Part shown: positions 52,577 through 64,000 of the stretch, in pieces | Position numbering within the stretch: position 1 is the first letter of the stretch | Layout of the letters: every line of letters starts with the position of its first letter | Assembly (NCBI RefSeq): GCF_006345805.1 | Contig: NC_042998.1 | Coordinates: forward strand, 66,402,001-66,466,000 | DNA length: 64,000 nt | From: Octopus sinensis | Lineage: Eukaryota | Direction of reading: 5' to 3' | Notes under the pieces: generated by a model | Seen by the model: only the letters and a program-made list of their open reading frames with translations | What the model was told of the DNA's origin: nothing | Database searches by the model: none | Program-made: the position numbers and the translations under genes

Positions 52577-52639
<63 letters not shown>

Positions 52640-53555
52640 GACGCGCACTCTTCACCTTTCTGTCCCATCCCTATTCTTTGATTTTCTTTTTCCTCTACTT
52701 AACTTGTCTCTTCCTCTCTCTCTCCCCTCACCATTCTTCATGGTTTCCTCGCAGCCATTCCCCTTCTTCTCTCCCTTCCTCTTGCTCCTCATCCCCCCTC
52801 ACCGTCGTCCACCCGCGACGATACTTCCGCTCTGACTGTCTTTTTGGCCTGGCCTTTCAAGGTAACTGGACGACATTCTTCCTGCTCCCCTGTCGTTCAC
52901 AAAAAATTCTGCGTTTGCAATACTTTTTTCGTTCGGCGTCAACAGCCCTTCTTATCTTGTTTTTTCCTGTCCTGTCTTTTACTGTTTATAGTTTTGTACT
53001 GTCGTTACTGTCCTGTTTTTTTACCCCTCTGCGAAAAGATCTCAGAATTTTAATTGATTTGCTTTTCGCAGGAAGGAAAGTTTCTTGTCGAAGATACGTC
53101 TCGCTTTTATCCTTCGAAACGTAGCGTAGATGAAACCATAGCGACTGAAGAAGGGGTTTTTTCTTTGTGTTAATTGTCCTGTACTCCATTTTTTGTTGTT
53201 TTTAAAAAAATGTCCAGTTCCTTTGGTTTGTGTCTATGTTTTCGTTTCTCTTTGTGTTCGACGTCCCTTTGGTGTCCTGTACTCATATATGCGTGTATAT
53301 GTACATGTAGAGGTAGGTACGTACATATATGTTTATATATATGCATATGTTTTATTTCATTTATTAATATATATATATATATACATATATACGACGGGCT
53401 TCTTTCAGTTTCCGCCTACCAAATCCACTCACAAGGCTTTGGTCGGCCCGAGGCTATAGTAGAAGACACTTGCCCAAGGTACCACGCAGTGGGACTGAAC
53501 CCGGAACCATGTGGTTGGTAAGCAAGCTACTTACCACACAGCCACTCCTTCGCCT
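52370..53555 (-). mobile_element. SINE family A copy with ~700-bp insertion (52640-53330) in its internal microsatellite
   Basis: 3' half at 52370-52580 and near-consensus 5' half at 53390-53555. Confidence 0.85.
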
Positions 53556-55085
53556 ATATATATATATTTAATAAACATACACTCACGTACACATAAATAG
53601 ATGTTTTTATACGGATGAGAGTATGTATGAACATATATGTGTGTGTATGTGTGTATGTATGTATGTTTCTATATGCGTATTTTTATAATAGTTTTATAAT
53701 AGTTTAATTCTTCCCTATGCCATATGTCTGATCTACAATAGCCATCTTCAGTTTCTTGGATTTATCTATTCGGTCATCTATACTTGAAAAGTAAGGTTCA
53801 TTTGATGAACATATGAAAGTTTAGGACGGATGGAGAAAAATCAACTTGTAATTGCACAACGTTTATATGTAAATATATTCCGGTCTAAAAATGCGTAGAC
53901 CATCATCCTTCTCTACTCTACTGTAGGAGGCATATCCTACACCCGGATATGCCTCCAACAATAATAACTCTTTGCTACAGTGGGATGTGTTGCCCCATAT
54001 ATGACTAAAATACTTCACCAGGTAGCGGTGCTATTAAGTTAGACAATGCCTGGGCCTATACTGTCCGAAACCTATCAAAGTTATCAAAGTTATACACGTA
54101 TAGAATGTTAGGTGCGGTATACAGAAATTGAATATTGAGGAAAAAAATCGTCAGGATTTTGGAAAAAAAAAAATTATATTTCTTCATTAATATCGGCACG
54201 TTCGTTCGTTCCTCGAACTTGTCAGATTAAATTTTGTGAATGTACTGACAGCTTGTTCATTTATAGAAAACATATTTTTTGCGGTTCCATGACAATGAAG
54301 ATAGAGTGATAAAAGTATAGGTAGATAGATAGACTGATAGTCATACACATAGACAGATCGATCAATAGATAGACAGAGAGATAGATAGATAGTCACACAG
54401 ATAGATAGGTAGAGAGAGGGAGAGAGAGAAAAGGGGGTACCCCTTCCTACCATGTCCAAAAGGCTCGACAAGAGGAATTACGCAATATTCCAATAAGTAA
54501 GCATCTGGAAAAATGCTACGACGTAAAATTCAAAATTTTTCCCTTTTACAAATGTTCACGAGACGATCCAAAATACCGAAAAGCAATAGAACTACAGTTC
54601 ATCAAAATATTCTCCACGCCACACCATTTTCTTTACCTGTCTCTCCACCTTAGTGCCTTTCAAACATATCACTTCACCTCACACTTCTCACACATATTCC
54701 TTCTTTATATTTTTATCTCTTCCTTCTATCCCTCCCTTATACCTTTAATCTTGATATCTCTCCTCTCCCATCCCCCTCACAGTATCTTGACCGCCAACTA
54801 GTGCTCCTTTCTTCGTTTTTTTCTTCCTCTCTCTTTCGTCTTTAACTAATTCCATTCTCCTCTTAACATACATGTCTATTCCCCAATCTATATCTGCTTA
54901 CCGCTACCAGTACGTTCTCAAAGTTTTATTTACACAACAAGACCCCTTTGAATGAACAAGACGCGCTGGGGGTGGACTGCGAAATTCGATGCGTATATAT
55001 TTGTAAATATTTGTATGTACTTGCATTTTGCGTATGCTTTTCTGTATGTATGTACACATAATTTCCATTATTTCGCTCAGTATGT

Positions 55086-55130
55086 TTTGCTGATGAAGGA
55101 AAAGTTATCAAAGTAATCCAGAAATTGATC
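55086..55130 (+). ncRNA. Degenerate HHR-like motif
   Basis: CTGATGA-A-GGA(16 nt)TCC-A-GAAA; stems I and III not recoverable. Confidence 0.3.
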
Positions 55131-55633
55131 AATCCCAAACCTATCTGAATTATTTTATGAATTATTAGTCGTTGTATTTTCCCGTTTTCAACTTGTGTAT
55201 ATATGTGGAGTTAATACCTGCAGTGGTTAGACAAAATTTGGCATCTATTTTCAGCATATAGACATCATAGCTTTTGTGCCCTTAAATATAATTGTACCCT
55301 ATAAAATAATCTCTCTTTCTTTCTCTTTGCTCAAGAACACAATACACCAGCCGGAATAGGAATTGAAACCAGGATCTCACGATGATAGGCACAAAGCTTT
55401 AATAAAGATATCTTTTTTTTATTTTACTTGTTTCAGTCATTAAACTAAGGTCGTACTAAGACAAACCTTTGAAAGATTTCGTCGAATAAATCTAATACCA
55501 TTTAGTTGTCAGCATCCTACGTATAATCTCGCCTCCTTTGTGCCAAACCGATAAGTAATTGATACCTAAACATATCAGCGCTAATTGTCAAGACATGGTC
55601 CACGGAAATAGAAAAAAGGATGACGCTCACATA

Positions 55634-56177
55634 TTAACAGATAAAAATCCAAGGCTGTGAAGGATTTCAGAACATTTATAAAGTGGTCTTACAGCAGATT
55701 CCGATATAATTTATATATCCCTTCATCGGAGACCGTGTGAGAAAATGGTTAAGATATGAAATAGAAAGTGAAGTGGAGGAATGAAAATAGACGCGAGATA
55801 TGCAAGAATATTGTATCTGCAGTTCCATTATTTAGACAGACTGGTATACATATAAGATTCCTGTACCCTGTGAGTAACTTCCAATAGCATTTAAAATTGG
55901 TCGGAATTTACTCACAAGGTAAAAGAATCTTATATGTATACCATTCTGACTAAATAATAAAACTGTAGATACAATATCCCTGCATATCTCATGACAATTT
56001 TCATTCCTCGACTTCACTCTCTATTTCATATCTTATCCAGAATAACTATTGCTTAACCAACTTCTCTCATCGTTTCCGATGAAGGGATGTATACAATATC
56101 ATGGAAAAAGCTGTAAGACCTCTTTATAAATGTTCTGAAATCTTTCCCAGCCTTGGATTTTTATCTCCTTCTGTTAA
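55634..56177. mobile_element. ~540-bp imperfect palindrome of PLE pLTR family B with two opposite-strand HHR remnants
   Basis: Arms pair across the whole length (centre ~55895); HHRs 55685-55734 (-) and 56071-56120 (+), both with CCGATGA core and ..GCTGT-A-AGACC. Confidence 0.8.
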
Positions 56178-56375
56178 TTTTTTATATATACGCATGCTGA
56201 TATATGACCTACGTTGGACACCTCATTCGCATAGTCACCGAAACTGGAGCTTAACTATAGTCTGCCCATAGCACTTACACAGCATTACGTGACACCTTTG
56301 GATCTTCTTGACACCATTACTTCTCATAAACTATATATGCATATATGTATATATGTATGTATAGGAGTATGCGTG

Positions 56376-56406
<31 letters not shown>

Positions 56407-56572
56407 GTGTCTGTGAGTGTATGTGTGTGCGCTCGTGTAAATTTCTAATAATACGCGAGTATATTGAAAGAGTAAAGGGAAATGATCGCTTGCTCCAAAT
56501 AATAAATTCTTGCCGACGTCAACCATCACCAGTCCACTCTTTTAACTTTTAATATATACCTACGTGTATCTT

Positions 56573-56604
<32 letters not shown>

Positions 56605-56631
56605 GTATGTATGTGTACACATATATATGTA

Positions 56632-56748
<117 letters not shown>

Positions 56749-57438
56749 ACATACACGTATCTGTGTATGTATTTGTATTGATGTGTACCAATATTTGTCT
56801 CAGCATGCTCGAGTGGTCCGCATAGTTAGATATGAATATGATTTTAAATGGACTACTTTGCTTAAGATAAGTATGTGGCTATATGGATCTGTTGTGTTAG
56901 TATTTGAAATCGTCGTTTAATACATTTATTAAATGAAGCAAAATATTCTCCATTAACTCATTTAATTTAATTCATTTGTGCGTGTGTATGTGTGTGTATA
57001 CACATGTACACATACATATATATGCAGAGAGAGAGATAGAGAGAGAGAGAGAGAAATAGGGACAGATAGAGTGAGACAGAGAGAGAGAGAGAGAGATAGA
57101 GATAGATAGAATGAGACAGAGAGAGAGAGAGACTGTTCTTACGACAAATATACCAAATACAATGAATGCGTAGGTATAGATAGCGAAAGTGGATATTAAA
57201 ACAATGCTGGAGTCAAAATATCTTTCTACGTGGGGCGGAACCAATATTTACAGCAATAATAGTCTTTTTTGTTCTTTCTTACTTTATCCTTCCTCAGTCA
57301 CTGGGCTGCATCCATGATTAATAAAAGACTTGCAATGTTGATCGAACAAATCAACCTACAAGTGTGGAAATTATTTCTTTGTCTCTTTGACCGAACTGGT
57401 ATGCACAAATGGGAGACAAGGACAAATTCACACACATA

Positions 57439-57487
<49 letters not shown>

Positions 57488-57578
57488 GCACACATATATA
57501 TATATAATCATATATATATACATAAATATTGATATATATATATATATATATATATACACCTATGTATATGTATGAATA

Positions 57579-58900
57579 CAGTGTGGTCCAAAAGTAGGTG
57601 GAAAGTAGGAGGAATAGGTTTGTCTATTGGTTATAACAATGTTATTCGTGTACTATTATTTAAAATTTTATAACTAATTTTTATCTAAATTCTTCTGTTT
57701 TCTTTTCAGATAATACAGAGAACCATAATGGCAAATAATTTAAATGCTGATGAAAGAAACTGGGTGTTAAAAGAGTATTGGGAATATCAAAACGCTAAAA
57801 CCATTAGGAGAGAATGTGTTGAAACATTTGGTACTCAAGATACAAACCATTTACCGCATTCGTGACAAATTCTGTCACTGACTGACTCAATTATTAATGC
57901 TCCAAAATCTGGTCGACCCAAAACTGTCTCCACAGAGGATCATAAAGAACTTGTCGCCGAAACATTTGTTTACATACCAAAAATGTCCAACGGGAAAGCT
58001 TCTTTCTAACTGAGCGTTTAACGAACCTCTATTATTCAAATCCTGATATCCATTGGGTTGAAAGATTATCGTCCACGGCTAACTCATGTCTTATTACAGG
58101 ATGACCTAGACAGGCGACTGCAGTTTAGTGAGATATGAATGATATTGAAGAAAATCAACTAATTTTAGATAACATTGTGTTGAAAGATGATGTTTCCTTC
58201 AAATTGTTCAGACATATAATTGTATTTTCTGGTATAGTGAGAACTTGCAGTAGAGCAACAATTAAACAAGCCTGGTGTCACAGTTTGGGGGTAGTATTTC
58301 AGATTCTGATATTTTAGTATCCATACGTTTTGATGGAGCAGCCACAGACGATAAGTATCTCAAAATTTTAAGGAATCAAGTTGTTATACGGTTCATGCAA
58401 TACCCTAAATCACGTGAACTTTATTTCCAATAAAATGTGGCACCTCAACATTATTCAAGAGCAGTCTGTGTGTATCTCGATGAAACATTTCCTGAGGAAT
58501 AGATTGGCCGAAGAGGTTCAATTGATTGGCCAACACGTTCACCTGACGTGACCCCAATGGATTTCTTCTTTTGGGGATTACTTAAGGACAAAGTTTATAG
58601 TCGAAGAAAAGGAATTATTAATGGTTTGAAAAAGTACATGAGATATATTCCAAGAAATTAATACACAAAGAGAAACTTGTGCAAATATGTTTGTCCTAGC
58701 GTAAGGGGTAGACTCGAAAGCTGTGTAAATTGTGATGGACAACATATTGAGCACCTGTGTTGATAAAATTTAATCGCTTTTACATTATTGTACACACTGA
58801 AACTTAAATGTCTATGTAATCATTGTATTAGTAAATATATTTGCATAAGTAATCTCAGAATAAATGTTATGATTTACTGTCCACCTACATTTTGACCACC

Positions 58901-58903
<3 letters not shown>
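57579..58903 (+). mobile_element. Decayed Tc1/mariner (Tc3-like) DNA transposon
   Basis: TA-flanked ~29-bp TIRs (CAGTGTGGTCCAAAAGTAGGTGGAAAGTA / rc CATGGTGGTCAAAATGTAGGTGGACAGTA); transposase remnants KSGRPK, DDLDRRLQF, WPTRSPDVTPMDFFFWGLLKDKVY; many stops. Confidence 0.88.
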
Positions 58904-58950
<47 letters not shown>

Positions 58951-59872
58951 GGGGAGAGAGAGAGACAGAGAGAAAGAGAGAGATTTAAAAAGCACCTTAA
59001 GGGATAGAAAATATCCAATGAATTACTGATTTGTTACCTGTTCTGTTGTTGTGAATGGTAACATTCCTAAAATACTAAGTTTAAATATAAATCTTGGCTT
59101 ATAAATATTAAAATTAAAATCCAGAAAATGGATTAATATAATTTAGTAAGTTAAATAATTCAACATGTTCACCTATAGATGTTTCGATTTTGCCCCAAAG
59201 AATCAAATTCCAGCAATCAAAATATTTTTATTGGGTAACATCTCATCATAGTAGTAATAAGACATATCGTTAGGTTATTACAGGTTATTCTTCGAAAATG
59301 TCTAATTTAATCACTAATACTGGTATAAACTTTGACCAGGGGGTAATAGTTTATATAATGGTAATAACTGGTAAATATATGTTAGATAGTGAGATACAGT
59401 AAAAATAGTATCATATGAATGAGAAAAAAATCAGTGATTACGTTTATAATTTGTTTAAAAAATAGATTGAATTACTATGAAAAATAGAACGCAGTTTTCC
59501 ATATACTGATATCCGTATATGTTGTATGTATATACACTTATTCATACACATATAATCGAGAATTACGTCTACGAAAACAAAATATACGTACGTATATTGA
59601 AAAACATAGTTCTTCCATTCCTATCAAACGATTGGTATCGATCGAATAGACAAGCAATGTGATTGGCAAAATATTTAAAAATACATAACGTCCCTATGTT
59701 ATTTGATTAAACAGAACGGAAAATAAATACTTTGTTTACGAGATAAATAAATCTCTTATAACATTGAAAACATTACTTACTTGTGTGTTAGTCGTTTATG
59801 GCTTTAATAATTTAAATGGTAAAAATTGAGTAAATAGGTAGGGGATGTAAATATCAATTATTATATATTCAC

Positions 59873-60255
59873 GTGCATACAGGAGTGGCTGTGTAGTAAG
59901 TAGCTTTCTTATCAACAACATGGTCCCGAGATCAGTCCCACTGCGTTGCACTTTGGGTAAGTGTTTCCTACTATAGCTTCGGGCCGACCAAAGACTTTTG
60001 AGTGGATTTGGTAGACGGAAACTGGAAAAAGCCCTTCGTATATGTATACATATATATATATATATGTGTGTATATGTTTGTGTTCTCTTTGTCCCAACCA
60101 ATACCGCTTGACAACCGACGTTGGTGTGTTTATGTCCCCGTAACTTAGCTGTTCGGTAAAAGAGACCGAGAGAATAAGTACTAGGTTTACAAAGAATCAG
60201 TCCAGAGATCGATGTGCTCGACTAAAGGCAGTGCTTCAGTAAAAGAGCAAAAGAG
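59873..60255 (+). mobile_element. SINE family A, full length
   Basis: aggagtggctgtgtagtaag...cagtcccactgcg...ctaaaggcagtgct; collinear with the copy at 16885. Confidence 0.88.
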
Positions 60256-60340
60256 TATATACATACATATATATATGTATACATATATATATATATATAT
60301 AATATATATATATATACATATATATATATTTATATACGTA

Positions 60341-60400
<60 letters not shown>

Positions 60401-60402
<2 letters not shown>

Positions 60403-60648
60403 TGAGCAAGACACTTTATTTCACGTTGCTCCAGTTCACTCAGCTGTAGAAATGAGTTGCAACGTCACAGGTGCCAAGCTGTATCGGCCCTTGCCTTTCC
60501 CTTGGACAACATCGGTGACGTGGAGAGGGGAGGCCGATATGCATGGGCGACTGCTGGTCTTCCATAAAAAACAACCTTGCCCAGACTTGTGCCTCAGAGG
60601 GTAACTCTCTAGGTGCAAACCCATGGTCAGTGTCTGACGGAAAGGGGG

Positions 60649-60650
<2 letters not shown>
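60401..60650 (+). mobile_element. Headless SINE with the family-C central domain but a different (possibly RTE-like) tail
   Basis: cttgagcaagacactttatttcacgttgctccagttcactcagctg..aaatgagt shared with 6700-6760 (rc); the tail is unlike the other family C copies. Confidence 0.6.
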
Positions 60651-60714
<64 letters not shown>

Positions 60715-60719
60715 TAGCA

Positions 60720-60900
60720 AATCACAAAATAAAGTAAAACACACCGCGAGGACGTGGTACGTGTAAAGTATTAGTAGACGCTCTGGAACGGAAAGAAGGA
60801 TGGTTTAACCTTTCGAGCAGAGCTCCTCAACAGAAACAGAGGAAAGTCCAATAGAAAAGGAAGACGGAAGAAGGAAATCGCCAACGATTTGTGGTTACAT
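60720..60900 (-). mobile_element. HHR family A mini-element (HHR 60803-60837, mutated core)
   Basis: Reverse strand GTTT-CTGTTGA-G-GAGC(TCT)GCTC-GAA-AGGT-T-AAAC; flanks homologous to 9480-9630. Confidence 0.65.
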
Positions 60901-60979
60901 TTTGAATATATATATATACATTACGGAGATGTACTTGCATAGCGAGTGACACGATCTGAGATCGTGTGCTGGAACGAAA

Positions 60980-61022
60980 GCAGTGAACAGGTCGCGGTCT
61001 CAAAGCGACGAAAATATTTGAC
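60980..61022 (+). ncRNA. Candidate hammerhead with G3-C8 core (family G)
   Basis: GTGAACA-G-GTCGC(GGTCTCAAA)GCGAC-GAA-AATATT-T-GAC; stem I weak. Confidence 0.4.
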
Positions 61023-61106
61023 AAATTAAATTTAAATGTTGAAGTGAATCTAACAGTTTTTGTATGTTTCTTAAATGGCTTATAAACACCTTCCACGCTG
61101 CAATTG

Positions 61107-61202
<96 letters not shown>

Positions 61203-61343
61203 GTATATATATACATGCATATATATATGCACATAAATGTACAGAGAAAATATATATATACATATATGCATACATTTATATACATATATATGCGTATATG
61301 TATACATACATATATATGCATATATATATATATATATACATAC

Positions 61344-61376
<33 letters not shown>

Positions 61377-61379
61377 ATA

Positions 61380-61500
61380 TAATTTAAGTAAAACAATTAA
61401 GATTCAAGTGAATTCCAATGAATTCACATGAATGTGGTACTTAACTTAGAGGCACCAGAAATCTTTATGGTATTAACCATAAAATAATGTGGGGTGATTA
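61380..61500 (+). repeat. ~100-bp unclassified dispersed repeat abutting (TA)n (copy 3 of 3)
   Basis: gaatgtggtacttaacttagaggcaccagaaatctttatggtattaaccataaaataatgtggggtg. Confidence 0.7.
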
Positions 61501-61509
61501 TAAACAAGG

Positions 61510-61850
61510 AAAAAGTAATCCATAAATGTACCATAACTACTGAGAATAGCAAATTTTTTATTTGGGTTGTACTATAAAATTTAAACGAAGATTTAGCAAC
61601 CATATCTCCTCACTTAAGTTACGTCATAAAGCTGGTTGCACCACACTTTCAGGTAAGATCTGGGAACTCAAAAATAATAATATTAAATATAACCTTAATT
61701 GGGAAATAGTTAGAAGAGCGATGCGTTATAGAAATAACAGTGTAGGTTTTGCCAACTCTACTCCATGGAGACATATGACATTTTAAAGCATAGAAAAAAT
61801 AGCTGTAAGACCATCTATCTGTAAATGCTCTAATGTCTACACAACCTTTT
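61510..61850 (+). pseudogene. PLE GIY-YIG endonuclease C-terminal fragment followed by pLTR family B remnant
   Basis: VIHKCTITTEN..GCTIKFKRRFSNH..TTLSGKIWELK..NWEIV; then tagctgtaagacc..taaatgctctaatgtctacaca matching the reverse complement of 19370-19420. Confidence 0.75.
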
Positions 61851-62064
61851 CTTTATCTTATTACGCAAAAATAATAAATCTTAGAGCGAGTTATTAATAA
61901 AATTTAGAGCGAGTTATAAACAGTAGCTGTAACACATTGTGACGTATATTTGCCATTTAATTATGGCTAAGCCCTAAGGGTGGATGCTACTGTAGTTTGT
62001 AGCCCCAGGAGGACACCTCTTCCAGCTGGCTGTAGACACATGTTCTGTGCCCTATCAAATATTT

Positions 62065-62099
<35 letters not shown>

Positions 62100-62182
62100 A
62101 TGTACATATAATTTAGGATAAAGTAATGTGTAACCAATCCGGCAATTATTCAAATATGAAGCTAATAATATAATAATAATTT

Positions 62183-62231
<49 letters not shown>

Positions 62232-62571
62232 TGTATATCCATATCTACATACGTGAAATATGCATATAATGTGTATATATAATAAACAACTTACCACTGT
62301 TAATTTATACTCTTACGAACATAAACATATATACCCACATTTACATTTGCATAGGTTCCTTATATATCAAAAGCACACACATATATACATTCACACCGGC
62401 ACATCATATATATAAAAATGGTATTTATATAGCTAAGAACATAAAGTTATGCATTTACTATGATACAAATATTAGATATAGAAATTATCATGTATATTAT
62501 TTGTATTCAGATGTAGTGGATAATTAAGATACAAAGTTAGCAATGGTCGAGAAAAAATTAATAAAATGATA

Positions 62572-62802
62572 TACTCTTTAACTCTTTTACTTGTTTCAGT
62601 AATTTCACTGTCGCCATGATGGAGCACCGCCTTTAGTCGAACAAATCGACCCCAGAACGTATTCTTTGTAAGCCTAGTACTTATTTTCTCGTTCCTTTTT
62701 GCCGAACCGCTAAGTTTCGCATATATAAACACACCAGTATCGGTTGTCAAGCGATGTTGGGGGGAGAACACAGACACATAAACATATACACGCACACACA
62801 CA

Positions 62803-62834
<32 letters not shown>

Positions 62835-62872
62835 CATGTATCTATATATATATATGTATGTATATATATATA

Positions 62873-62923
<51 letters not shown>

Positions 62924-63110
62924 GTATGTATGCGTATGTGTGTATGCATGCATATGTATACATATATACGACTGTCTTCTTTCAGTTTCCATGTACGAAA
63001 TCCACTTACAAGGTTTTGGTCGGCTCGAGGAGTCACGTAGTGGGACTGAACCCGGAATCATGTGGTTTGTAAGCAAGCTACTTACCACACAACCACTCTT
63101 ACGCCTACGT
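62572..63110 (-). mobile_element. SINE family A, full length with expanded internal microsatellite
   Basis: actcttttacttgtttcag...ggttgtcaagcgatgttgg and gggactgaacccggaatcatgtgg..ttaccacacaaccact. Confidence 0.85.
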
Positions 63111-64000
63111 GAACAAAAAGATAAACAGTAGATAATAGTTGTTATGTAATTAGAACTTTTGTGTAAAATAATAAATCTGGTTAGGTACATAAGGTGAATA
63201 TTTATTAGTTGGGTAGAGGTCAGGAGGAGGGAGACTATTATTGTAAATAGTATAACTATGGGATTAGAGTGGTGTCTATAGTTGGAATGGTTAGAGAGAA
63301 AATAAGTGATATTAAATTTAAAATGAAATAGTTATGCTAATATTTTGAATATACTTATTTCTATAGTTGAATATATGAAATGCTTTTCCCGTTTTGATGA
63401 TTGAATAAGGTATTTCTGGAGGAAGCGTTACGACTTGTAGTTTATATTCCATAAGAATGAGATTAAGAAAAGAAGGAGGTATAGTGAGTAATACCGAGGG
63501 AACAGAATGGTAGGTTAAAATTCGGAGATGTTGGTATTACTACGTTAACAAGTAATACGGAAATATTTATCTCATTGCAAAGATTAGGCTATTGTTCTCT
63601 AAAACTAAAATGAAAAATATTATAAGTCTTAACCTTATAATAGTTGTTCATATGTAATTATTTCATAGTTAAGGAGTGTATAATTATAGTAGCAAGATAT
63701 ATAAGAAACCCAGTATTTAAATTTTGAAAATACATATTTTCCCGTGTGAAGACAGAAAATACCTTTTTGTCTCAGGGTATTTTTTTTTATTTTAGAATAA
63801 AATGCCCCAGATTCACAATTATTATTGACTTTATAGGATGGTGCAGAAACAATTATATCCTATTTAAGATCGAAATTAATATCATTGTCCTTTCATTTTG
63901 AAATAAAGTTGCTTAATCCAATAGAATTTATGTCTATAACTAAAACTGGGTTGTGACTCCTTTCTTAACAGCATTTTCCGTGGAACCTATATACATATGT

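Noticed and set aside
63170-63720. Strand-skewed segment resembling a NUMT or decayed PLE
   Set aside because: No recognisable mitochondrial or RT motif in any frame; needs a database search

Overview
Very AT-rich, microsatellite-dense eukaryotic DNA that is almost entirely repeats. The SINE families and repeat landscape look like an octopus/coleoid cephalopod genome (recognition, not verified). No intact host gene is evident; one 17-nt candidate kinase microexon was seen. Contents: three tRNA-type SINE families; a decayed CR1-type LINE (26.6-31.1 kb); a train of Dong/R4-type REL-endonuclease LINE fragments in (TAA)n; a near-complete Neptune-type Penelope-like element (PLE) with ~0.8 kb inverted pLTRs; a decayed Tc1/mariner and a MITE; and several local duplications. 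The most striking signal is about 15 minimal type-I hammerhead ribozyme (HHR) motifs from about 7 sequence families. Many sit as back-to-back pairs in non-coding foldback elements (19.5, 45.9, 50.5, 55.6 kb), some with target-site duplications. Several have unusual catalytic cores: U3-A8 in two families, C4, and a possible G3-C8. HHR calls are manual motif and structure matches; none has been tested for cleavage. Coordinates were counted by hand and ends are approximate to a few bases.
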